NCBI GenBank assembly: GCA_963664325.2
Contig: CAXXDQ010000008.1
Location: 1 to 64,000, forward strand
Origin: Desulfomonilia bacterium
GTDB taxonomy: Bacteria > Desulfobacterota > Desulfomonilia > UBA1062
Reading direction: 5' to 3'
Length of the DNA stretch: 64,000 nt
Numbering within the stretch: the first letter of the stretch is position 1; every line of letters starts with the position of its first letter. The translations under genes and the position numbers were made by a program. Under the pieces are notes generated by a model. That model was not told the origin of the DNA and made no database searches. It saw nothing but the letters and a program-made list of their open reading frames with translations. Positions 1 to 7,709 of the stretch are shown here, one piece after another.

Positions 1-344
1 TCCCCTCCCCACACCACCCGGCATGCGGGTCCGCACCGGGCGGTTCGATTACGGCGATCAACAACTGGACTCATTGCGGCGATCACAGATTGGCTCCATA
101 GCACCGATCAGTAACAGTCACGTTGTGCTGACTTACCCGGAGACTCAGCCTTGTATGCTGTTTCTGTTTCCCGGATCACGTCCGGGACAGGCTTATTTCA
201 TAGTTTTGCACGACAGCTTCCTTCGGACGGTCCCTCACGGTTCCGCCCTTGCCTTCGGCTGGTATTTTTGTCAATGTAACTCATTGACAGGGTTCATATA
301 CAGGGGACTTACACCCCATAAGTTCACGCCCGTGCCGGGCGTAC
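1..344 (-). mobile_element. Group IIC (attC-targeting) intron, internally deleted; 3' end (domain VI) lies outside the window
   Basis: The minus strand begins GTACGCCCGGCACGGGCG...GGGTGTAAGTCCC (IIC-type 5' end) and contains GAAGGCAAGGG...GAAGGAAGC domain I motifs. Domain V (GAACCGCCCGGTGCGGACCCGCATGCCGGGTGGTGTGGGGAGG) lies at ~1-47. There is no RT ORF. The insertion follows TGGT on the bottom strand of an attC. Confidence 0.85.
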
Positions 345-396
345 ACCAGTCATTCCAGCCAACTCGCTACGCTTGTGGCTGAATTTAGCGTTTTGT
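345..396 (+). other. attC site (R'' interrupted by the intron)
   Basis: ACCAGTCATTCCAGCC-AACTCGCTACGCTTGT-GGCTGAAT-TTAGC-GTTTTGT: imperfect hairpin with an extra C in the L box and a terminal GTT. Confidence 0.75.
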
Positions 397-465
397 GTAA
401 ATAAATCTTTTAATTAGTCCCGTTGATGTGTATGCTATGGGCAATATATACACAGGAGGTAAGAA

Positions 466-660
466 ATGAGAACGAATGTTGTCATCGACGACGATCTTAT
501 GGAATCCGCCCTGAAGGTGTCCGGCCTTGGGACAAAAAAAGCCGCCATAGAAGAAGGGCTGAAACTGCTGGTACAAGTCAAAAGCCAAAAAGAAATAAAG
601 CGTTTTCGAGGGAAGCTCAAATGGACCGGCAATCTTGACAAAATGAGGTTGGACAAGTGA
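466..660 (+). CDS. vapB: VapB-type antitoxin (DUF2191-like)
   Basis: MRTNVVIDDDLM...TKKAAIEEGL motif; overlaps the PIN toxin; upstream TGTGTAT..ATACACA palindrome. Confidence 0.85.
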   Translation: MRTNVVIDDDLMESALKVSGLGTKKAAIEEGLKLLVQVKSQKEIKRFRGKLKWTGNLDKMRLDK

Positions 661-1052
661 TTCTCATAGATTCGTCCGTTTGGATTGACTATTTCAACGG
701 TGATAAAACAGCTCAGACGGACTGGCTGGATGCTTCGCTTGGAAACAGGCCCATCATCATAGGGGATCTTATCATAACTGAAGTGCTGCAGGGGTTTCAC
801 AATGATAAAGATTTCAAAATAGCTAGAGACCTTCTCTTGGGCATACCTTTTATGCCGATGGTAGGACAGTCATTGGCATTGGAGAGCGCTATGAACTACA
901 GATTCTTGAGGAAGAAAGGCGTGACCGTGAGGAAGACCATAGACGTCATGATTGGAACTTTCTGCATCCACCATCAGATAGCATTATTGCATGACGACAG
1001 GGATTTCGATCCAATGGTTGTCTTCTTAGGCCTGGATACAATCGAGACATAA
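657..1052 (+). CDS. vapC: VapC PIN-domain toxin
   Basis: ILIDSSVWIDY, EVLQG, TIDVMI and LLHDDRDF PIN acidic motifs. Confidence 0.9.
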   Translation: MILIDSSVWIDYFNGDKTAQTDWLDASLGNRPIIIGDLIITEVLQGFHNDKDFKIARDLLLGIPFMPMVGQSLALESAMNYRFLRKKGVTVRKTIDVMIGTFCIHHQIALLHDDRDFDPMVVFLGLDTIET

Positions 1053-1074
1053 ACAAACAAATTGACAAATTGGC

Positions 1075-1287
1075 AAGGCAAGTAATTGACATCATGCACT
1101 AATATTCGAATAAAAGGCCTGATTAGGCCCTAAACTACGTTTTTTGACCCTGAAATGGTTTCTTAACAGTTGCCTATGGCAAGAGCGCGACACATTTTGA
1201 TGCCGAAAATAGCGATTTCAGGCTTAATAACCCAGTCTTCTGGGTAACATTACATGACAGTTCAGGTAGTTAACTTGGTCCGACCCC
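1075..1287. mobile_element. MITE/REPIN-like element copy A (left end degenerate, approximate)
   Basis: Ends in GGTCCGACCCC; internal blocks AATAAAAGGCC..TTTTGACCCTGAAA and CATTTTGATGCCGAAAATAGCGATTT match the element at 2536-2805. Confidence 0.6.
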
Positions 1288-1312
1288 AAATGCACCACAA
1301 TACCGGCTATAT

Positions 1313-1340
1313 GTAGGGAACAGGCATGCCTGTTCCCTAC
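1313..1340. repeat. GTAG-type REP-like perfect palindrome
   Basis: GTAGGGAACAGGCATGCCTGTTCCCTAC (28-bp perfect palindrome), followed by a partial copy CATGCCTGTTCCC. Confidence 0.65.
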
Positions 1341-1391
1341 CCATGCCTGTTCCCGTCACGCGGGCCATTGAGGTCCGCCGTTGGATGTAGA

Positions 1392-1435
1392 ATGACTGAA
1401 AAATTTCAGTCATGAATCCAAGAACGTGGTATAAT
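1392..1435 (+). promoter_or_regulatory. TA cassette promoter/operator
   Basis: Inverted repeat ATGACTGAAA-AA-TTTCAGTCAT and extended -10 TGGTATAAT upstream of brnT. Confidence 0.55.
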
Positions 1436-1442
1436 TTAAGTC

Positions 1443-1715
1443 ATGAAAATCGAATGGGACCCGAGGAAAACAAAATCGAATATTGAGAAGCACGGTGTCT
1501 CGTTCGAAGAAGGAGCGACAGCCTTAAGCGATCCCATGGCTGCAACTGGTGCTGATCCTGATCATTCCATGACAGAACAGCGCTATGTTGCCCTCGGCGT
1601 TTCTGAAAAAGGTCGGCTCATAGTCGTATCCCATACCGAGAAGGATGAAACAATTCGAATCATAAGTGCCCGCAAAGCGAGCAACGGAGAACAAGAGCTC
1701 TATGAAGAAGGATAA
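1443..1715 (+). CDS. brnT: BrnT-family toxin (DUF497)
   Basis: EWDPRK..NIEKHGVSFEE...IRIISARKA signature. Confidence 0.9.
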   Translation: MKIEWDPRKTKSNIEKHGVSFEEGATALSDPMAATGADPDHSMTEQRYVALGVSEKGRLIVVSHTEKDETIRIISARKASNGEQELYEEG

Positions 1716-1968
1716 AGAATCTGACAAAGACGAATTAAGGGTGGAGTACAGGCGCTCTGATTTTCCTGGCGGTCTTGTACGGGGTAAATACGCAAAACGA
1801 TTAAAAGAATCATCTAATATCATAGTCCTCAGGCCAGAAGTTGCTCAGGCCTTTCCAAATGAAGAGGCTGTCAATAAAGCGCTTCTTTCACTTATCGACA
1901 TTGCACATAAGGCAACGCGCCCAACGAAGCGCTCAATCGGACGTGCGAAAAAGCTGCGCGCCGGTTAG
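1702..1968 (+). CDS. BrnA-like antitoxin
   Basis: DELRVEY...VRGKYA...VL.PEVA.AFPN.EAVN.AL; overlaps brnT; stop codon lies inside the attC. Confidence 0.7.
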   Translation: MKKDKESDKDELRVEYRRSDFPGGLVRGKYAKRLKESSNIIVLRPEVAQAFPNEEAVNKALLSLIDIAHKATRPTKRSIGRAKKLRAG

Positions 1969-1982
1969 CTCCGCCGTTCGCT
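1919..1982 (+). other. attC site
   Basis: GCCCAAC-GAAGC-GCTCAATCGG...CCGGTTAGC-TCCGCC-GTTCGCT; R'' CCAAC is complementary to GTTGG at the cassette start (1380). Confidence 0.8.
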
Positions 1983-2048
1983 TAAAAAAAATAATTGCCA
2001 CCATGACGTTATGGTGCTAAAACTACAGAACGTTAAGGAGGTAATAAT

Positions 2049-2282
2049 ATGAGAACCGCAGCAATGAGAGCCACAGTATATTTAGACCCAGAATTGCACA
2101 AAGCACTTAGATTGAAGGCCGTTGAAACATCGCAGTCGCTATCAAAGTTGGTCAATGATGCCATTAAGGAATCTCTTGCAGAAGACGCGGAAGACATCGC
2201 AGCATTTGAAGAAAGAGCAAAAGAGCCGCTAATCAGCTATGAAGCTATGATCAAGAGGCTTAAAGAAGATGGGCGAATATAA
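2049..2282 (+). CDS. CopG/RHH antitoxin
   Basis: RATVYLDPELHKALRLKA...SLSKLVNDAI..LAEDAEDIAAFEER; palindrome CACCATGACGTTATGGTG at 1999-2016. Confidence 0.8.
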   Translation: MRTAAMRATVYLDPELHKALRLKAVETSQSLSKLVNDAIKESLAEDAEDIAAFEERAKEPLISYEAMIKRLKEDGRI

Positions 2283-2526
2283 AATTTTTTTTAAAGAATC
2301 CGTAGAAAAAGACCTTCGCTCAACTCCCCAAAAAGATTTAAAGAAAATTCTCACAGGCATAGAAGCGCTTGCAAAAGAACCAAGACCTCATGGTTCTGAG
2401 AAACTGTCCGGCCAGGAGAAATATCGTATCCGCCAAGGCATGTACAGAATTATTTATTCCATTCAAGATCAAGAGCTTACAGTCTGGGTTGTAAAAATTG
2501 GGCATCGCAAAGATGTTTATCGCTAA
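2269..2526 (+). CDS. relE: RelE/ParE-family toxin
   Basis: YRIRQGMYRIIYSIQD...VVKIGHRKDVYR. Confidence 0.88.
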   Translation: MGEYKIFFKESVEKDLRSTPQKDLKKILTGIEALAKEPRPHGSEKLSGQEKYRIRQGMYRIIYSIQDQELTVWVVKIGHRKDVYR

Positions 2527-2535
2527 AGGCGGCAT

Positions 2536-2805
2536 GGGGTCGGACCAAATTAAGTATATGATATCAGGTCTCTTATGGTTAATAAATGGCCCTTTTTTAG
2601 CCTAAAGCGGCCAATTTTGGCCCTGAAAACATGGCGCTAAGAGAATGTAGGAATGCAGGGCGGGCGATGAAGCGTATTGTATCCACTGAAAACGTGTCCC
2701 TTGCGATACCCATTTTGCTGCCAAAAACAGCGATTTAAGACCCCAAAACAAGAGTCATTTTGACATATATTATGAATAATCATAGACTTCGCTTTGTCCG
2801 ACCCC
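2536..2805. mobile_element. MITE/REPIN-like element copy B (complete, ~270 bp)
   Basis: Terminal inverted repeats GGGGTCGGAC...GTCCGACCCC; noncoding; loosely self-complementary arms. Confidence 0.7.
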
Positions 2806-2912
2806 CGAATAGCCCGTTCGGACAAATGAGTTGCCGACGTGACTTTTGTCGATTTGTTGTGGTAACATACAGCACCGTTCACTGGTAACCATGCGAAGAA
2901 AGTTGAAAAAAC

Positions 2913-3131
2913 ATGACAAAACTCCTGGAAAGAGCGTTCAAGGAGGCATCCAAGCTTCCAGCGGTTGAGCAAAATGCCCTGGCAAAATGGGTGATGGAGG
3001 AACTAGAAACGGAAGGAAAATGGGAAAAGGCTTTTGCCGGCTCGGAAGATGTGCTGGATAAGCTTGCCGACGAGACTCTTGCCGCACATAAGCAGGGGCG
3101 AACAAGACCTTTGAACACCGAGGATCTATGA
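2913..3131 (+). CDS. Putative antitoxin
   Basis: MTKLLERAFKEASKLP..EQNALA; small acidic protein with a 4-bp overlap to the toxin-like ORF. Confidence 0.7.
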   Translation: MTKLLERAFKEASKLPAVEQNALAKWVMEELETEGKWEKAFAGSEDVLDKLADETLAAHKQGRTRPLNTEDL

Positions 3132-3406
3132 TCTCCCGAACAACTGATTGTTTCTGGGGATGCTATAAGGAATTGCCCGAGCAGATCAGAAATGAGGCAA
3201 AAGAGGCATACGAGAGATTCAAGAAAAACCCTTATCATCCCAATCTCGATTCCAAGCGGATACATTCGACGCGAGCGATTTTTGCTCTGCGCGTCACCAA
3301 GGATTACCGCACTGTTGAGATACAACAAGACAACCAGATAATATGGTTCTGGATCGGATCTCATGGCGATTACGATAATCTCTTGAAGCGGTTGAGAACG
3401 TCATAA
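3128..3406 (+). CDS. RelE/ParE-superfamily toxin
   Basis: NPYHPNL..KRI...RVTKDYR...IIWFWIGSHGDYD. Confidence 0.75.
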   Translation: MISRTTDCFWGCYKELPEQIRNEAKEAYERFKKNPYHPNLDSKRIHSTRAIFALRVTKDYRTVEIQQDNQIIWFWIGSHGDYDNLLKRLRTS

Positions 3407-3458
3407 CGAACCAATCCAGCCGCCCTCGTATACTCGGCGGCTGATTTACTTCGAGAAG
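3401..3458 (+). other. attC site with degenerate R'
   Basis: TCATAAC-GAACC-AATCCAGCCG...CGGCTGATT-TACTTC; GAG stands where GTT is expected; arms resemble the attC at 345. Confidence 0.65.
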
Positions 3459-3459
3459 G

Positions 3460-4089
3460 ATGGTGCGATTGAATAGCGATCTCCAGCGAATCATCGACTT
3501 CATCATCGAGTTGGAAAAGCTCAAGGCCGTGCTCCGCAAAACGAAGCCGGTTGGCTTGGAGCGCTATGAGAACTCGGCCGAGCATAGCTGGCAGGTTAGC
3601 CTCCTGGCGCTATTGCTGGCTCAGTATTCACGCACATCGGTGGATGTCGTCCGGGTCGTTGAAGTTCTCCTGGTCCATGATATTCCAGAAATCGATTCAG
3701 GGGATCAAATTATCTATCAAGAGCATAGCGAAGATCGAGCTGCATCTGAGCAGCGGGCTGCGCGTCGCATTTTCGGTCTTTTGCCGGAGCCGCAGGCGGA
3801 CTGGTGTATGTCTCGCTGGCAGGAATATGAGGCGCGGGAATCCCAGGAAGCGGTGTTCGCGTATGCAGTAGATAGGCTCATGCCCGTGCTGCAGAACGTA
3901 AAGAATAACGGGCAGAGCTGGCGCGAGAACAAAGTTCCGCTGGAAAAAGTGCTCGCGGTCAATGCCGCGATTGGTGAGGCCATGCCATCTGTTTGGGAGC
4001 ACGTCCAGTCGCTTATTGGCGAATTGGCTGCGGCGGGGCTGTTTGCACACAAAGAAAGAGAAGTCCGGAAACGGGGCCGGACCAAGTAA
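3460..4089 (+). CDS. HD-domain hydrolase (YfbR/5'-deoxynucleotidase-like)
   Basis: ENSAEHSW...LLVHDIPEI..GD...AVDRLMP; the C-terminus reads into MITE copy C. Confidence 0.85.
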   Translation: MVRLNSDLQRIIDFIIELEKLKAVLRKTKPVGLERYENSAEHSWQVSLLALLLAQYSRTSVDVVRVVEVLLVHDIPEIDSGDQIIYQEHSEDRAASEQRAARRIFGLLPEPQADWCMSRWQEYEARESQEAVFAYAVDRLMPVLQNVKNNGQSWRENKVPLEKVLAVNAAIGEAMPSVWEHVQSLIGELAAAGLFAHKEREVRKRGRTK

Positions 4090-4160
4090 ACTGGTTGAAA
4101 TCATGGATGTATAATGGAAATAAAGGCCTGATAACACGTTCTTTTTGGACCAATACCGAT
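4073..4160. mobile_element. MITE/REPIN-like element copy C (left end only; right boundary uncertain)
   Basis: GGGGCCGGACCAAGTAAACTGGTTGAAATCATG...AATAAAGGCCTGAT matches the left parts of copies A and B. Confidence 0.5.
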
Positions 4161-4696
4161 TCCTGAGCAGGAAAGCATGAATTTTGACTACTTGATTATG
4201 GGTCTGTTTATTTTCGGTTGTGCGTTCTCTTTCGCCGCATATGCCGATACGCCGCAAAAAAAGACATACAAATCAATGTCCATGATTATGTGGATTGCCT
4301 TGTTCATAGCCATAGCCATAACATCACATTCCTGATGATTTCCCGGTTCCGGAAAAGGTCTCGTCCTGTCCGCCCGCGATGTCCCTTCTTAATCATACGT
4401 TAGCCATATGATAAAGCGTATGACTGGATCATATTCACGGAAACGATCATACGTGAACCGTATGACCAATATAAAAACAATCACTGATTGATTTTAGGAT
4501 CGCTCGGCCTAAGATAGCACCCATCGGAAACTTAGAAAAATCGCGGCCTGCTCTTAATCTGTCGCATCATTGCCTTCCAGAATTACAAGCTGGGCAATAG
4601 GAAAAAATAAAATTGCCCAACCCGGTATATTAATAGTGTCATATAAAATTACACTTAAGTTTTATACATTATTATAGAAAGGGAGGAATATTGGTT

Positions 4697-5995
4697 ATGG
4701 CGGAGAAAGCAAGAGCAGCAATGGTAGATCCACATAAGTTCAAATGGCAGGCTTTAGCGGGCGCAACATTCGGATATGTATTTGATGCCGTGGATTTCAT
4801 GGTCCTGGCACTGGCCATTCCCCTGCTGATCAAGGCCTGGGGCATCTCCATGGTGGAGGCGGGCGCCGTTGCCACGGCAACGATTTTCGGTGCGGCGCTG
4901 GCCGGTTATATCTGGGGGCCCATTACGGACAAGTGGGGGAGGAAAAAGGCCCTTGTCGCCTGTCTGGTCTGGTTCGGTATCCTGACATTTCTTTGCGGTT
5001 TTGCACAAAATTATATTCAGTTATTGATTTTACGATTCCTGGCCGGTTTGGGTTTGGGCGGGGAATGGGCTATCGGCGGCGCCTTGATGACGGAATTCTT
5101 TCCTCCGAAGCAACGGGCCATTGCCACCTCGGCAGTTCAAAGCGGCTGGCCCATCGGCTATGGGTTCGCGTTGGCCGTGGCGGCGTATGCGGTACCCGTC
5201 TATGGCTGGCAGGCCTTGTTTTTCTTCGGTATCACGTCCATTCTGGCAGCCATTTACATCATGATATGGGTTCCTGAATCGCCGGATTGGCTCCGGCACC
5301 AGGAAGAAAAGCGGCAGGGCATTGTTCATCATCACGTCGGAGAGACGGGCGTAGCCGAGACAGGCAAATGGACGGACATTGTCAAAGGGCATTATTTGAA
5401 AAACTCCATCTTATGCACCCTGCTCTGCGCATCATGCCTGGTTGCCTATTGGGGCGCCGGGACGTGGATACCGACATTCCTCGCAAAGGAACGCGGCCTC
5501 AACCTCAAGTCCATGGCAGGATATCTGCTCGGCATCAATATTGCGGGCTTCATCGGCTACTATGTTTTCGGTTATTTGGCCGATCGTCTGGGAAGGCGTT
5601 GGAATTTTATCATTGGCGGGGTCGGGTCGGGGATCGTCGTGCTGATCTGGATCATGATGAGCAATCCTCAAGCTATCTTCTGGATGGGCATGTTGTTCGG
5701 GTTTGTCAGTTACGGGTATTGGGGTCCCCTGGCGGCCTTTGTTGCCGAACAGTTTCCCACGCGTCTCCGTGGCGTCGGCACTTCTTTCTGCTACACGACC
5801 GGCCGGATGTGCGCCGTGCTGGTGCCCATGATTCTCGGCGGGGTGGCAGAGAAGTATAATCTGGCCGTCGCCATCGGCGGCATTGCCGTTGTCTTCGCTC
5901 TCGGCGGGGTCGTTGCCTATTTTATGAGGGAAACCAAAGATGACGTGGTTGTGGGCGTGCCGATTAAAGCGGAGAAGGCCGCCGCCGATGCGTAG
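4697..5995 (+). CDS. MFS transporter (aromatic acid/sialate:H+ symporter-like)
   Basis: About 12 hydrophobic segments; GPITDKWGRK and GYLADRLGRR MFS motifs; RFLAGLGLGGEW. Confidence 0.9.
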   Translation: MAEKARAAMVDPHKFKWQALAGATFGYVFDAVDFMVLALAIPLLIKAWGISMVEAGAVATATIFGAALAGYIWGPITDKWGRKKALVACLVWFGILTFLCGFAQNYIQLLILRFLAGLGLGGEWAIGGALMTEFFPPKQRAIATSAVQSGWPIGYGFALAVAAYAVPVYGWQALFFFGITSILAAIYIMIWVPESPDWLRHQEEKRQGIVHHHVGETGVAETGKWTDIVKGHYLKNSILCTLLCASCLVAYWGAGTWIPTFLAKERGLNLKSMAGYLLGINIAGFIGYYVFGYLADRLGRRWNFIIGGVGSGIVVLIWIMMSNPQAIFWMGMLFGFVSYGYWGPLAAFVAEQFPTRLRGVGTSFCYTTGRMCAVLVPMILGGVAEKYNLAVAIGGIAVVFALGGVVAYFMRETKDDVVVGVPIKAEKAAADA

Positions 5996-6045
5996 GGAAA
6001 GGATTGCGTCCCTATCAATTAGTTTCAGATGATGGAGAAAACGAA

Positions 6046-7656
6046 ATGTTCAAAGCAGATTTGGTATTTAAAAACGGCAACATCATTACCATGAACAAAC
6101 GTCAACCTCGAGTTGAAGCGGTTGCCGTTTGGGGCGATAAAATAATTGCGGCGGGTAGCAATGGCGACGTCGAGGTTTTAACCGGTCCCGGAACAAAGGT
6201 TGTTAATTTGGCGGGAAGGACGCTGATGCCCGGTTTTAATGACGCGCACAGTCATATGCTCATGTACGGCACCGTACTCATGGAAATTGATGTCTCCTCT
6301 CCGCAAGTGTCCTCCATTGAAGAGATTAAAGCCCTGGTTGCCGAGAAAGGGAAGACCTGTGCACCAGGGGAATGGATTCGTGGCTGGGGCTATGATGACA
6401 GCAAACTTGTTGACAAAAGACAGCCTAATCGCTGGGATCTGGATCTGGCGGCCCCTGAACATCCGGTAACGCTTACCCGTACCTGCGGCCACATGATTGC
6501 TGTAAACAGCAAGGCGTTGGAATTAGCCGGAATAAACAGGAATACGCCGGATCCTTACGGGGGGGAAATTGTCCGCGATCCGGCTTCAGGGGAACCTGTC
6601 GGGATTCTCATGGAGACTGCACAGGACCTGGTGAAAAAACTGCTTCCGCCGTATTCGGGACCGACGCTCGTCGAAGCTATTAAATTGATGAGTGACAAGT
6701 ATCTTTCCCAGGGGATCACCAGCGGTGCCGATGCCAGCACATTGTTCACTATCAAAAATGAACTGAAGGCTTGGGGTGAGGCCAGAGAAAAGGGATATCT
6801 GCGAGTGCGGACGTATCTGATGATGGGACAGGAAATTGCGGCCAATACGCAGTCTCTTGGGCTTCAATGCCCTTTTGGCGATAATATGTTGAAATTAGGC
6901 TCCATCAAGATGTTTTCCGATGGAGGGGTGGGCGGAGCATCAGCGGCATTGATAGAACCCTATGCACACCAGCCTGGCTACAGAGGGATCCTCTATATGA
7001 ATCAGGAAGAATTCGACCGGAATATCAAGAATGCTCATGATGCAGGCTTCCAGATTTCAATTCACGCCATTGGCGATCAGGCAATCGATATGGTCTTGAA
7101 TTCTTTTGAGAAAGCCTTAAAAGCAAACCCCCGAACGAATCACCGTCACCGGGTTGAGCATTGTCAAGTCTGCGCCCCGCGGCAGCGCAAAAGAGTGGTG
7201 GACTTAGGGCTTATTCCGGTCATGCAACCGGGCTTCTTTTATAGTCTGGGAGATTCTCATATTAACAATCTGGGCCGGGAACGCGTTGCCTGGGAATTCC
7301 CTGTAAAAAGCATGCTCGATCTGGGTGCTATCGTACCAGGCAGTTCGGATAGGCCCGTTATCAACGGAAATCCGATCTATGGTCTTTATTGCGCTGTCAC
7401 CCGAAAATGTGATTCCGGCGATTGTGTGGGGACCGGGGAATGCATTTCCATCGAAGATGCCTTGAGAATGTTTACGCATGCCGGTGCCTATGCCACTTTT
7501 GAAGAAAATATCAAAGGCACGATTGAACCGGGGAAATTGGCTGATCTCATCATCCCGTCATCCGATCCGACCCGGATTGAACCGGCGGAATTATTGAATC
7601 TAAAAATAGAAATGACAATGGTTGGGGGGAACGTCGTTTATGGTTCTCTTTCTTAA
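6046..7656 (+). CDS. Amidohydrolase_3 family (YtcJ-like) metallo-amidohydrolase
   Basis: PGFNDAHSH, IHAIGDQA, RVEHCQ, GSSDRP, GKLADL. Confidence 0.9.
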   Translation: MFKADLVFKNGNIITMNKRQPRVEAVAVWGDKIIAAGSNGDVEVLTGPGTKVVNLAGRTLMPGFNDAHSHMLMYGTVLMEIDVSSPQVSSIEEIKALVAEKGKTCAPGEWIRGWGYDDSKLVDKRQPNRWDLDLAAPEHPVTLTRTCGHMIAVNSKALELAGINRNTPDPYGGEIVRDPASGEPVGILMETAQDLVKKLLPPYSGPTLVEAIKLMSDKYLSQGITSGADASTLFTIKNELKAWGEAREKGYLRVRTYLMMGQEIAANTQSLGLQCPFGDNMLKLGSIKMFSDGGVGGASAALIEPYAHQPGYRGILYMNQEEFDRNIKNAHDAGFQISIHAIGDQAIDMVLNSFEKALKANPRTNHRHRVEHCQVCAPRQRKRVVDLGLIPVMQPGFFYSLGDSHINNLGRERVAWEFPVKSMLDLGAIVPGSSDRPVINGNPIYGLYCAVTRKCDSGDCVGTGECISIEDALRMFTHAGAYATFEENIKGTIEPGKLADLIIPSSDPTRIEPAELLNLKIEMTMVGGNVVYGSLS

Positions 7657-7709
7657 CCACGGCATATTCAGAGTTTGAGCTTAGAATGAACAAGAGAGGT
7701 AAATACAGA

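Noticed and set aside
1-344. Functional ORF-less ribozyme
   Set aside because: Too short, and apparently lacks distal domain I and domains II-III; treated as a deletion relic
23-382. 119-aa ORF
   Set aside because: It is the antisense strand of the group II intron plus the attC
2810-2865. Additional attC after MITE copy B
   Set aside because: Only a weak hairpin (ACAAAT..CGAC..GTCG..ATTTGT) with no clear R''; too degenerate to call
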